From contig NC_043005.1 in assembly GCF_006345805.1 (NCBI RefSeq), positions 87,234,001 to 87,298,000 of the forward strand: 64,000 nucleotides of DNA, written 5' to 3'. Below the pieces are notes generated by a model that worked only from the letters and a program-made list of their open reading frames with translations, ran no database searches and was not told the origin of the DNA. Shown in pieces: positions 1 through 11,139 of this stretch. The position numbers and the translations under genes are program-made. Source of the DNA: Octopus sinensis. Taxonomy: Eukaryota. Numbering within the stretch: the first letter of the stretch is position 1; each line of letters begins with the position of its first letter.

Positions 1-604
1 TAGATAGATAGATCACACAAAAACATATCATAATTAATTGGTGTACTTAGTAATAAGTCTTATTTTGATATTAAATGGGCGTGAAGACAGACACTTTTTC
101 AAAAAGTTTGGCAGTATTTATCCGCAAAATAGTTCTCTTTAGAAACTGATTTTCTTGATACGATAAAAAAAAAAAAATCTCAAATAATTTGTTGGGTAAA
201 TGACATTCTGACATTCGGAAAATATACAGTGCCACAAATTCTCGGCTGTTCTTATAATGCGGCGTAAACAACGCGACTAGCATTTCCTGTTATCCATGTA
301 CTTGAAGTGGTTTCGAAATGGTTAATGGCGTTTACATGGATTCTGTTCTTTTACAAAATGATAAGAAAAATATGAGAAATGAGAAGGAATCTTAAATCCA
401 AAAAAATGAAAGAATGAAAGAAAAGAGCATGCTTCAAAACGTGATGTTGATATGAAGACAAAGCAATACAGAATAGCGTGGATGAATATGAAAATGCCAA
501 CGATGAGAAAATAATTTATACCCAGAAGAAATTCATTTTATCTTCATTCGTACGGTTAGATTCTCTCAGAAATATTTCAGGTAACAGGTTTCAGTGTTGA
601 GATG

Positions 605-649
<45 letters not shown>

Positions 650-676
650 ACACACACACACACACGTATATATATA

Positions 677-845
677 CAACTTATAAACAAGGGCAAAAGA
701 AGATTATTTCTATGTCATAGAAATAATTTTCTTTTGCCCTTGTTTATAAGTTGTTTATAATTTTAACCTTTAAAGGTATTTTAATATGCTGCCACTTTTT
801 GATGGAATTTTTTCTGTAAAAAAACTTCATCCTATATTAGTAGTA
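677..845. mobile_element. Fold-back repeat terminus between (TA)n tracts (PLE-like, unclassified)
   Basis: 38-bp arms 677-714 and 716-753 with one mismatch and a 1-nt loop; 717-845 is the reverse complement of ~35372-35500. Confidence 0.6.
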
Positions 846-860
846 TATATATATATATAT

Positions 861-1222
861 GGGAGGTATTGGTATCCAGAGGACACAAATTGACATGTAA
901 CGCTATGCAAGTGCTATGGAAGGACCGTAGTTAAAAATCACGGATCGATACTGGTACGAGCGTGGAGTCTAATGCGGGTCTTGTATGAGCATGTAAATGT
1001 AAAATAAAATGAGACAATAAAGCCAAGGCTGTGTGGCATTTTCAGGACATTTTAAAGCGGCAGTTAGTCTTACAGCTGTTTCTGGGATATTAACTATAAC
1101 CATCTCACATCGTCTCTCATGATGGGATATCCCTAATATCCCATAACGAGAAAGACTAACTTTCTCGTTATAAATGTCCTGAAAATTCCACAGAGTCTTG
1201 CCTATGTTGTCTCATTTTATGT
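861..1222. mobile_element. PLE-like fold-back with hammerhead remnants
   Basis: Inverted arms ~1003-1052 and ~1171-1222; minus strand has CCCA-GAAA-CAGCTG-TA-AGAC; plus strand has GTCT-CTCATGA-TGGGATAT..ATATCCCA. Confidence 0.55.
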
Positions 1223-1239
1223 TAAGATGCCCGCCGATG

Positions 1240-2846
1240 TTTTCCTTGCAGAGGTTGGCTGTTTTTCCGCTCTGATGGCTGTTCCCCAGCTCTGACAAAG
1301 GCGATGGTTTTCTTGGAGGGTCGGAACCGCTTCGCCCACACAAGTCCTGCGCTGATGGCTTCAGCGATGATCTTAAGAACTTGGTCACGCTACCAGCGGT
1401 ACCGTTCTTCTCCAAGTGCCCCTGTGCAGCAGCACCTGAGGAAGTGTTCCAGGGTTCCTCGCTTTGAATACAGCGCACATGCTGGTGTCTCTGCTATGCC
1501 CCATGTGTACAGATTTAATGGGCTTGGAAGCACATCGTACACTGCTTGGATGAATAATTTAATGCGTTGAGGCTCGGTTTTCCACAGCTCAGCCCAGGTC
1601 GCTTTCCTTTCAACTGCACTCTCCTATCTTGTCCAAGTTCCCTGTTGCTTCATTCCCACTACCGTTCATGTTCCCATTTCCACCACTGCAGCTCTCACCT
1701 CCTCCTGAACAAGGTGGCGCCCTTCCTTCCCGCTGGGGAGTCAGAAAGACGCCTACTCTGTCTCACGTGACCATTCCGCAAGTCTCTTTTGGCGCAGCCT
1801 TGTCGCTGCCCCTTGAACAGCATCCTCTGCTCTTCCTGCCAATCTTCACTTGGATCCATGCTTTATACTCCTTCGGATCACAAGAGACCCTGTACTGGAC
1901 CACTACTCTGGCTCTTGCCCTCTTGAATTTCTCTTCCAATGATTTGAAGGGCAACTGCAGTTTGGTGTTGTTTCAGTAGAGCGCGATGCTACTCAGGCTC
2001 CTTGGTAATCGAAGCCATCTCCGGAAATGTTTGCTGACTCTCCTCTCTAAGGTCTCTATTATTGAGATGGCGACTGCATAGATAAGGAGGGGGCCACAGG
2101 ATCCTGGAAAGAATGTCGCGATGGTAGATCCAGGGTTTGATCATCCAAGGTAGGCCTAACTTGTCCACGGATTTCAGCCAGCCATCCAACTCAGTGCAGG
2201 CCGACTGGATAGATGTAGTATCTCTCAATGAATTGTAGAAAACGTTACCCAAGCTCTTGACTAGCCTCTCTGTGAATGTTGAAGTGGCTGTTTCTGAGAT
2301 GTTAAACTGGAACTTGTCTTCCACATTTCCTTTACTTAGCACCATAGATCTTGATTTGGTTGGTTTGAAATGCATCCGAGCCCACTCTATAACCTTTTCA
2401 AGTCCCTGCAGAATCCACTGGCAGCCTAGGGCTGATTCTGTCATGACTATGAAGTCATCCACGAACGCCCTAATGGATGGTTGTTTTTGTCCGGACTTCG
2501 ATAGGAGCCCTCTACACTCTAGCTCAGCAGACTCGGTAAGCATGTTCATGGTTAGGAAGAATAGAGTCACTGAGAATGTGCACCCAGTGATGATGCCGAT
2601 TTCAACCTTGTGCCAGCACGATGTTATTACTCACTAAGAGACCCTCATCCTGATATTGGTGTAATAATCAGCCATGAGGTCTCCGCACCTGCTAGGGATA
2701 TGATGGTTTGTCAACGGGGGCTGAACCAGCTTGTGTGTAATAGAAGCGAATACATTTGCCAGGTCAAGCCACAGCACAGACATGTTACCCCTCTTCTCTC
2801 TTGCCTCTTGAATCAGCTGTGTTACCACACCGGTATTCTCCAGGCA
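1240..2846 (-). mobile_element. Decayed non-LTR retrotransposon, Hero/R2-group, RT plus CCHC region
   Basis: Broken frames give VLWLDLANVF..THKLV, GIITGCTFSVTLF, IRAFVDD, WARMHFKPTKSRSMVL, ILSRILWP, then AVYDVLPSPLNLYTWG and PACAL..RGTLEHFL..C; stops and frameshifts throughout. Confidence 0.9.
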
Positions 2847-3054
2847 GAAAGATGAGGGAAGGTGAGCATGAGGAGAAGGCCAGGAAATGTGAGAGAGGGG
2901 AAATGAAAAAACGAAGAATGGAATGAACGAAGTAAGTGTGAAGCGGCTAATAGTATGAAAGAAAGAATGGAATAATAGAAAGAATAATAAAGTCGTACAA
3001 AATCTATATATATACCTATAAGACATCAAAGTGTATGTACGCCGCTATATTTTT

Positions 3055-3235
3055 TATATAAAAATACAAAAATGGGACAAGAACACAAAACATCCAGAGA
3101 GGTAGGTGATACGAAAAAGGGACAATAAAAACTCCAAGAAGATGATACGAAGAAAACAAGGAAGGGTCATTCAGAGTTTTCTATCCTCAGTCGAGTTCGA
3201 GATTATCTTTGAATTTCGGCTGGTTATACTCTGGT
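3055..3235. repeat. Unclassified interspersed repeat
   Basis: Shares GGGACAAGAAC, GGTCATTC..TCAGTC and ATTTCG.CTG.TTA blocks with the reverse complement of 51985-52255; looser relative at ~30230-30480. Confidence 0.55.
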
Positions 3236-3463
3236 TCCCAAATACAAATAACAGGACATTAACAGCGGGTGTCTTTTGACTACGGACGAAAAACATTTAT
3301 ATATATATATATATACGTTCAGCAAAATTTAGATTCAGATGAATATGGTACTTAAGTTAAAGGCACCCGAATTTGGTATGCTATTATCCATGTAAATCAA
3401 ATGGGCTGATTATAATTAAGATAAGGATATCCTTGTTGCTTATTTGTTATAATATATATATAC

Positions 3464-3503
<40 letters not shown>

Positions 3504-4039
3504 TATTATTATGACTGCCCCCTCATTATCGAGTATGGCCATTGCACGAAGCTTAACTGTTAGTGGTGCTGCGATCGAATATTATATATATATATATATA
3601 ATATTCTACACCATACTCACCATGTATGTGCACCTGTATGAACATATATAGAAAATTTCGCAACGAAAGTCTAATAACATCAGCAAGATTTCCCGTATTG
3701 CATGATGCATTACATTTAGCGCTGCAAACAGTCTTGAATAGTATAACTTAATTCGTTATGGATCACATTACCTATTGCTAAGTTGTTACAATTCTACAGT
3801 ACGCGAGTCGTCTTCCTTAAGAAGAAAGCATGTGTGGGTGCACGTATACATATGCAATTATTTCATTAGCTCTCTTCTAGTACACCAGCCTATCAATATT
3901 GTTTATCTTAGTAAAGAACTTCGCATGCTCTTGTGGCAGTGTCAGAGGTTATATTTCATCACCATTTTATATTGTAAATCTGTGGCTGGGCACCATTTAT
4001 ATTGGTTTACAGTGATATACAAAACACGATAAAATTAAT

Positions 4040-4330
4040 GGTCATTACATATTTTTCTTTGTTGCTGCAAATTTTACTTACAGCTGTTTCGAGTACTTAT
4101 TGCAGGTTCGTTATTGAAAGGTGGACTCGATCGGTCGGTCCATTGATAGATTGAGAAGTATTGAGTGACCTAAAAAGTTAATGCTTCTTTCATGAGATTC
4201 ATTTCTGGTTATAACAAAGCAGAACACAACTTTGTCATAACCAGAAATGGCTCTGCCATAACGAACCTGTAATAATCACTGGAAACAACTGTAAGTCAAA
4301 TTTGCAGCAACAAAAAAAATTCTAATGACC
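4040..4330. mobile_element. Fold-back PLE-like terminus
   Basis: GGTCATTA..TTGTTGCTGCAAATTT.ACTTACAG.TGTTTC mirrored at ~4258-4330; extra inner hairpin 4200-4249; hammerhead 3' half GAAA-CAGCTG-TA. Confidence 0.6.
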
Positions 4331-4400
4331 TTTATCTATATGTTGTCTCGCATATGCATATATATTTGTGAGTTTGGATTGTTCTATATTCCTCCATCAA

Positions 4401-4481
<81 letters not shown>

Positions 4482-5382
4482 ACTTATTAATTATTGGTTC
4501 AACGCCAAATTATACCAATATTGGTCGTCAAACGGTGGTGGGTGACAAACACACACACACATATATATATTTTTTTTATTCAAAAGCAACGAAAATGTTG
4601 CTTTTTCATAAAGCATATTACTCTACCTCTAGTATTTGAGTACTATGTTTTCCACCTTTATTTGCTTACTCTGGTTATATACATACATATATACATACAT
4701 ACATACATATATACATACATACATACATATATACATACATACATACATATAAATGTGTGTGTATGTGCGTGTGTGAGTGTGTGTGTGCGTGCAGGTGCGG
4801 GTTAGTGTACCTACATGCATTTATGTATACATGCGAGTAATTTATACTATTTTGCTTACAGAACCACGCTAATCAAAGATGGTGGATGTTGATCAAACAA
4901 CACTCCTATAGAGTTTGTCAGTGAGGCAAATCTTGCCAAGAGTTATTCAGTGTAACAATCGCCATATTCTCGTAAATGCCATGGAAGTCAACGTCAATAT
5001 TGACGATACGATTGAAGTAACTCCATCGATTTGTTTTTATTGTATTTAATTTTCATTCGTGTAGAACTTTAGAAAACTTGACTCATAACAAATGCCGTTC
5101 TTGTAATGTTAGAAATCTTATTAAAGGCCGCTTAACTCTCCAAGGAGAACAGCTACAATGGAACGCTAATTGCAATATATGTTAACCTCATCGGTAGGCC
5201 AAAAAAAGAGTAATTTAACAAGTCAATTTGCTGTTTTTCACTTGAAAATAAATGATACGCAAAGACAGAATGTTTCATTAAAATCTTAAGAGCGATACAT
5301 TTGATTCCTACGTCAAATTAACAAGAACCAAATTGGATGTTTTTATCTATTTATTTATTTTATCAGTTTCTTCTGTTATTCT

Positions 5383-5550
5383 TTTACTTATTCAGGCATT
5401 AGATTCCGGCCATGCTGGGGCACAACTTCGCAGAGTTTTTAGTCGAACGAATCGACCCAAGAACTTATTAAATCCTTTGGTTCCACCACCAAATTATGAG
5501 TACGTAAACATACCAACACTGGTCGTCAAACGGTGGTGAGTGACAAACAC
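5383..5550 (-). mobile_element. SINE family B, 3' half
   Basis: GGCCATGCTGGGGCAC is the reverse complement of the family-B tail at 35281-35320. Confidence 0.7.
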
Positions 5551-5576
5551 ACACACGCACACACACACACACATAC

Positions 5577-5608
<32 letters not shown>

Positions 5609-5801
5609 TATTATTAAAAAACAATGAAAATGTTGCTTTGTCATAAAGCATATTACTCTACCTCTGGTATTCGAGTACTATGCTTTCCACCTTTATTAGC
5701 TTACTCTGGTATATATACATACAAAAACAAACACAACACACAACACACACACACAGACGCACACACACACACACACACACACACACTATATATATAATAT
5801 A

Positions 5802-5859
<58 letters not shown>

Positions 5860-5860
5860 T

Positions 5861-6042
5861 GGAGTGGCTGAGTGATAGGAACACTGCATCCAAACCAAAT
5901 GGTTCTGGATTCAGTCCCACTACGTGGCATCTTAGACAAATGTCTTGTACTATAGCCTCGGGCCGACCAATGCCATCTGAGTGGATTTGCTGGACGGAAA
6001 CAGAAAGAAGCCCGTCCTGTGTATATTATATATATATATATT

Positions 6043-6079
<37 letters not shown>

Positions 6080-6290
6080 GGGCGGTGTGTGTGTTATAAT
6101 TTAGAACAAACAGTAAGTTGTTATTATAGTACTCGGAGTTTCGAATCTCGGAGCGAAGAGTTAAGATGCATTCTCGTCGGCTATCATATATACGTCGGAC
6201 TTCTTTTTAATAAGTCGTTGAATCGATCCGTTCTGCAAAGTGGTACTCCAGCATGGCCATAATCTAATGACTGGACTGAAAAAAGTAATG
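5861..6290 (+). mobile_element. SINE family B (tRNA-derived, CORE-like), interrupted
   Basis: Head GGAGTGGCTGAGTG..GGATTCAGTCCCAC..GTGGATTTG..GACGGAAAC (5861-6017) and tail CTCCAGCATGGCC (~6245). Confidence 0.8.
6126..6184 (-). ncRNA. Type I hammerhead ribozyme motif (U4C core)
   Basis: AUAG-CCGACGA-GAAU..AUUC-GAAA-CUCCGAG-UA/CUAU; stems I, II and III all pair; GUA site. Confidence 0.75.
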
Positions 6291-6398
6291 AATAATAGAT
6301 GAAATAGATAAAATAAATAAATAAAATCATCCAATTTTATTCTTCTTAATTTAACGTAAGTATCAAATATATCGCTCTTAGTATGTCGATAATGAAAC

Positions 6399-6450
<52 letters not shown>

Positions 6451-6792
6451 ATATATATTTATATGTATGTATAGGTAAGTAAAGTTAGCGGTTGAAATAA
6501 CCGTCTAAGGAATTAGAATAGCCGCTATTACTCCCGGTATAAATTACCTATGTTTATGTATGTAACTTACCAGTTGATTCAAGAATGTCTTTAATCCAGC
6601 GTTTAGTCCCCTGGTAGTTAAATTTCCCGCCACTAGTCAATAAAAACACCAAATTATATCTATTGTTTCATCAAGGAATACATGGTAATGACTAAAGCGG
6701 CATAATAAACACAAAATTACAAAAAGAAAACCTCAAAAGCTTAGCTTTTATTAACAATCACATTTTATCAAGATATCTTTGTGAAATGTTCT

Positions 6793-7184
6793 TTAGCTCT
6801 TTTTATACCAGTCTGCTTGATACCACTCCTGTTTCTGTAACACAAAATCTAGTGATATTTCTACTTCCATATGGTACCAGACAGTAACAAGATCTTATAA
6901 TGTTGCTACTCATGTGTGGTACAATACAGTAATGACAACATCTAGTGATGTTACTACTTGTATGTGGTACCAGACACATGGAGTAAATTGTCAGAAAAAG
7001 AACAGTTGACTGGTACAATCCTGGGGTATTTTAAACCATTATTACAGCCGTTACTACTCAGTGAATTTATGTTCCAAAGACTAAATTAATTATTAGTTAT
7101 TTTAAGAAATTCATTTATTACTTTATATTTTCATTGAATCAAAACCAATGTATTTCAACAGAAATATGGTAACAAAAGGGTTAA
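6793..7184. mobile_element. piggyBac-like MITE with internal 45-48-bp tandem repeat
   Basis: Right end TGGTAACAAAAGGG-TTAA; degenerate left end TTAG-CTCTTTTTATACCA; three internal ATCT..TGGTAC units at ~6847-6977. Confidence 0.55.
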
Positions 7185-7679
7185 TATCAACTGATTTCTA
7201 ACAATACAGGGGAGTATAAAGATATAAGAAAAAACTTCATCTTCTTTCATTCAAAGAAAAAAAACAGATACTTACAAGGTAAGGATGGGTGCTATTGTAT
7301 AACTAATTCAATAGTACCACCAGCCTACCACTGTTCAAAGGTAATGGATTTCATTTTACTTCTTTTTTATTGTCCCTAGCATTGTACTGTATACATACAG
7401 AACATTAACCAAGAAGAACAGTATAATTTTTGTTCTTATGACGTCAAAGTAGACTCTGTGGGGTGTGAATCATAAATGAGAACTACTGAAAGACAACGAG
7501 TTTGCCTATTTCTCGCAGTCACTGGGCTTCGAGTTGGACTAAGACAGCAGGAGTCTAGTGATTTATTTATACATACTGTACAGTTATTGTTTATATCAGT
7601 GTGTCTTGTATATACAAGGTTTCATGTTGTTTAGTTCACAGTGTTTTATATAAATCATTAACATTTAATGTCCATGTGT

Positions 7680-7988
7680 AACCTCTCGAAAGAGCTGTTC
7701 TTCACTCCTGTTCCAGAGCGTCGGCGGCGGGGGTCACTCCGAAAAGCTCTATCTACGAGGATTTCATCTCAATCGAAGGAGAGGGGCTTTCTCCGTCCGG
7801 GTTGCGGATCCGTGGAATAAGCTGCCTGATGAGATAGTGAAGATGCCCACGACCGCTCGGTTCAAAGTCTCTCTTGACCAGAAATGGCCTGAACTCTTTG
7901 TATGACCACTCTCCCTGTACATAACTCCCTGTTCCCCTATATCGCCTTGCTTTTGCTTTTTAAGTCAATAAAAATTGAATTGAATTGG
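7680..7988 (+). mobile_element. CR1/L2-group LINE 3' fragment
   Basis: Encodes FFTPVPERRRRGHSEKL..RRGAFSVRVADPWNKLPDEIV..FKVSLD; short (AATTG)n tail; second copy at 62151-62406. Confidence 0.85.
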
Positions 7989-8042
7989 TGGTTTGACAGG
8001 ATTCAATGGGCCCAAGGACTGCGTCATGATACACACACACAC

Positions 8043-8525
8043 ACACTGTTACTACAGATACACTATAGTCTTGTTACTATAGATACACTGTAACCTTGTT
8101 TCTATAAACACACTGTAATCTTGTAACTACAGACATACTGTAGTCTTGCTACAATAGAAACACTGTTATCTTGTTACTGATAGACTGTAGTCCTGTCACT
8201 AAAAACACGATAATCTTGTTACTATATATACAGAGTGACCTTGATAGCATAGACACGAGGGGAAGTCAAATTATCCGCACTTTCGCCGTATTATTATAGT
8301 CATACTGCCTTCTGCGCATGTGTGCTTATAGTTGGTACTATTCTGGTCATGTGATAGAAGTTTGAGCCTCATTGCATCATTTTTTCTGGCTTTACAGTGT
8401 AAGCCGTGTAATGTTATTCAAGGTATGTTGTGGCGAAGGTGTGTATAATTTTTGACTTCCCATCGTACATAGTAGTCTTGCTATTATATACACACTGTAA
8501 TCTTGTAACTAGAGACACACTTGTT
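8043..8525. repeat. 25-bp minisatellite split by a MITE
   Basis: About 11 diverged units of ACACTGTAATCTTGTTACTATAGAT on both sides of 8256-8465. Confidence 0.85.
8256..8465. mobile_element. Tc1/mariner MITE
   Basis: TIR CGAGGGGAAGTCAAA / TTTGACTTCCCATCG (14 of 15 match), further ATTATCCGCAC similarity; TA on the right flank. Confidence 0.8.
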
Positions 8526-8639
8526 ATTTGTTTTTTTACATATAATATATTGATTATTCATTTTTACACTATTTGTGATCTAGTTATATGTTTTATAAAA
8601 ATATATTTTATTTTTTATTTATGATTTGGTTTATGTCTA

Positions 8640-8765
8640 ACGTTGTTTGAATTGCATAATAGTGTTTTTTTCTATAATTTATATATTATATATCTATATT
8701 GCGAAATTTGATTTAATACTAAAGTGAATTTTTCCCTGTAAGTTTGGAGTTATACTCCTTAATAT
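8640..8765 (+). mobile_element. PLE-like 3' terminus, same family as 32524 and 34145
   Basis: TTTTTCCCTGTAAGTTTGG is the reverse complement of CCAAACTTACAGGGAAAAA at 32537. Confidence 0.55.
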
Positions 8766-8776
8766 TATTATTATTA

Positions 8777-8836
<60 letters not shown>

Positions 8837-8844
8837 ATATATAT

Positions 8845-8992
8845 TTTTTCTACTCAGGCACAAGGCCCGAAATTTTGAGGAAGGGGCCCAGTCGATTAGA
8901 TTGACCCCAGTACGCAACTGGTATTTCATTTATCGACCGCGAACGACATACCGCTAAGCATTTGCACGGTGTGCTAACGTCTCTGCTAGCTC
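8845..8992 (-). mobile_element. SINE family A, internally deleted
   Basis: GACCCCAGTACGCAACTGGTA..TTTATCGAC..GTGCTAACGT blocks. Confidence 0.75.
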
Positions 8993-9006
8993 TCCACATG
9001 TGTATG

Positions 9007-9103
<97 letters not shown>

Positions 9104-9436
9104 TATGTGTGTGTATGTGTGTGTGTGTGTATTTATGTGCTATCTGAGTATATTCCACTGTTGAAGGCAAAGCCTTTCTTATGCAGATTCAGAAATCCGG
9201 TATCTTGAATTATCCAGTAAATTATTTTTGCCTAGATTATTTTGTCTCTTTGTATTTTCTCCTGTTGCTGTATGAACATTTACTGTGGTTTTAGAGTCAA
9301 GTTGTTGCTGCTATTTCCAGAGTGGTCGTATTACTTAGGTACCCTAAATTTTCATAATAATTATTACCTTTGAAGGTTTTTATTTCCATGCTGGCCACCT
9401 GATAAGATCGATATTTAAATAAGGATCTATATATAT

Positions 9437-9530
<94 letters not shown>

Positions 9531-9543
9531 ATATATATTTATA

Positions 9544-10325
9544 TACTAAATAATTAGGCTTCAGCAACGATTTGCCTCACACCGAATTTAGAAATAGCAA
9601 TCAAAAAGTCTTGGCTATTCCTTCTACTTTAAAGGAAGATCCAAGTAAAACCAAAGCACTCAAGAACAAACCACGCAGGTAAAAGAGAAAGAAATGACGA
9701 AAATCATTTTATATTAAGTTGCCTACGGACGCGCGTTTCGGAATTAAGCCAGTATAGAGCATAAAAAATAAATAATTATACCTTACCCGACTATTTTCCT
9801 CATCAGCGTAGGATTCTTCAATTATAAATAATTGCGTCTCAATTATTAATAATTGTGTATTAAATTTGAAGGCACTAGAAAATATCACTTCATCTCACGG
9901 TATCAGAGAGAACGTATACCGTGCTAGTACCGCCAAATTCAAAAAGTGTATGAGAATAAGTCATTCTCCCCTGTCCACCAGCGTGTTGCCAAAGTAAGAT
10001 GCTACAGTTTTTTTCTGGGAGGAAATACCATTATCAATAATGGCAACTTAGTATAGAATGATTTTCGTCATTTCTCTATTACCTGCGTGGTTTGTTCTTG
10101 AGTGCTTTGCTTTTACTTGGATCTCCCTTTAAAGTAGAAGGAATAGCCAAGACTTTTTGACTGCTATTTCTAAATTCGGTGTGTGGTGAGGCAAATCGTT
10201 GCTGAACCCTAATTATTTAGTATTACTTAAACTTACCATGAATTGGTCTTTTACATGCCGAATTCTACTTGGTGAAATTACTGATTACTTCTTAATTAAT
10301 TAATTTCACCCGTTGTTATTATTGA
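9544..10325. mobile_element. PLE fold-back, 3' ends facing outward, within (TA)n
   Basis: ~180-bp inverted arms 9544-9723 and 10042-10222; contains an intact hammerhead; tail homologous to 53660-53840. Confidence 0.8.
9722..9812 (-). ncRNA. Type I hammerhead ribozyme, intact core, 60-nt helix II region
   Basis: CCUACG-CUGAUGA-GGAA(52 nt)UUCC-GAAA-CGCGCG-UC/CGUAGG; perfect 6-bp stem I; palindromic stem III; GUC site. Confidence 0.9.
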
Positions 10326-10339
10326 TATATATATATATG

Positions 10340-10500
10340 ACAAGCTTCTTTCAGGTTGTTGTCTACCAAATCCACTCACTAGGCTTTGGTTACGCCGTGG
10401 TTATAGTAGAAGACACTTTGCCAAGGTATAATGCAGTGGGATTGAACCCGGAACAACGTGGTGGGAAAGAAACTACTTACCACAAAGCCACGCCTGTGCC
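10340..10500 (-). mobile_element. SINE family B head
   Basis: GTCTACCAAATCCACTCAC..GCAGTGGGATTGAACCCGGAAC..TTACCACAAAGCCACGCC. Confidence 0.8.
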
Positions 10501-10526
10501 TGTCCGTTTAGCGGTCTTACTATATC

Positions 10527-10756
10527 TGTTTCTTTATTACACACAAGGGGCTAAATATAGAGGTGACTAACAAAGACAGACAAACGGATTAAGCCGATTA
10601 CATCACCCCAGTGCTTAACTGGTACGTAATTTATCGAGCCCGAAAGGATGAAAGGCAAAGTCGACCTCGGCGGAATTTGAACTTAGAACGTAGCGACGGG
10701 CGAAATACCACGAAGCACTTCGCCCGGCGTGCCGACATCTCTGCCATCTCGCCGCC
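10527..10756 (-). mobile_element. SINE family A, full length, with target-site duplication
   Basis: tRNA-like head and GTCGACTTTGCCTTTCATCCTTTCGGG core (resembles the MetaSINE domain, from memory); 19-bp flanking repeat at 10508-10526 and 10757-10775 with one mismatch. Confidence 0.9.
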
Positions 10757-11139
10757 TTAGCTGTCTTACTATATCGATAATGAAATGCGCTACTGGCTTT
10801 CATTTTTCTCTCATTCTTCTTTTTTTCGGATGTCTCGCGCAAAGTTGAGTGGCAATCATAAATGTATTACTCGCAACTTCTGCCAATTAGTGACACGCTT
10901 CCAACAACTTGCACTGACATCATAAACGTTTTCTGTTACATTAAAACAATGGAAAATTTATCGAAAAAATAAACAAAGTTTAAAATATAGAAATAGAAGA
11001 ATAAAAATATTGGCAAAATCACAGCTTATTTCCAATGTTCTTTTAACTGTTAGCGCTCATTTTTTCTAGTTGTATATCCAAAGGCTGGCAGTGAATCAGC
11101 TCATCTATGATTAAATGCTTTTTTGCGGCGTCATATCAT

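Noticed and set aside
526-581. Possible short exon ending CAG/GTAACA
   Set aside because: Weak acceptor and no recognisable peptide
1989-2570. 193-aa ORF as a host gene
   Set aside because: Fragment of a disrupted LINE reverse transcriptase
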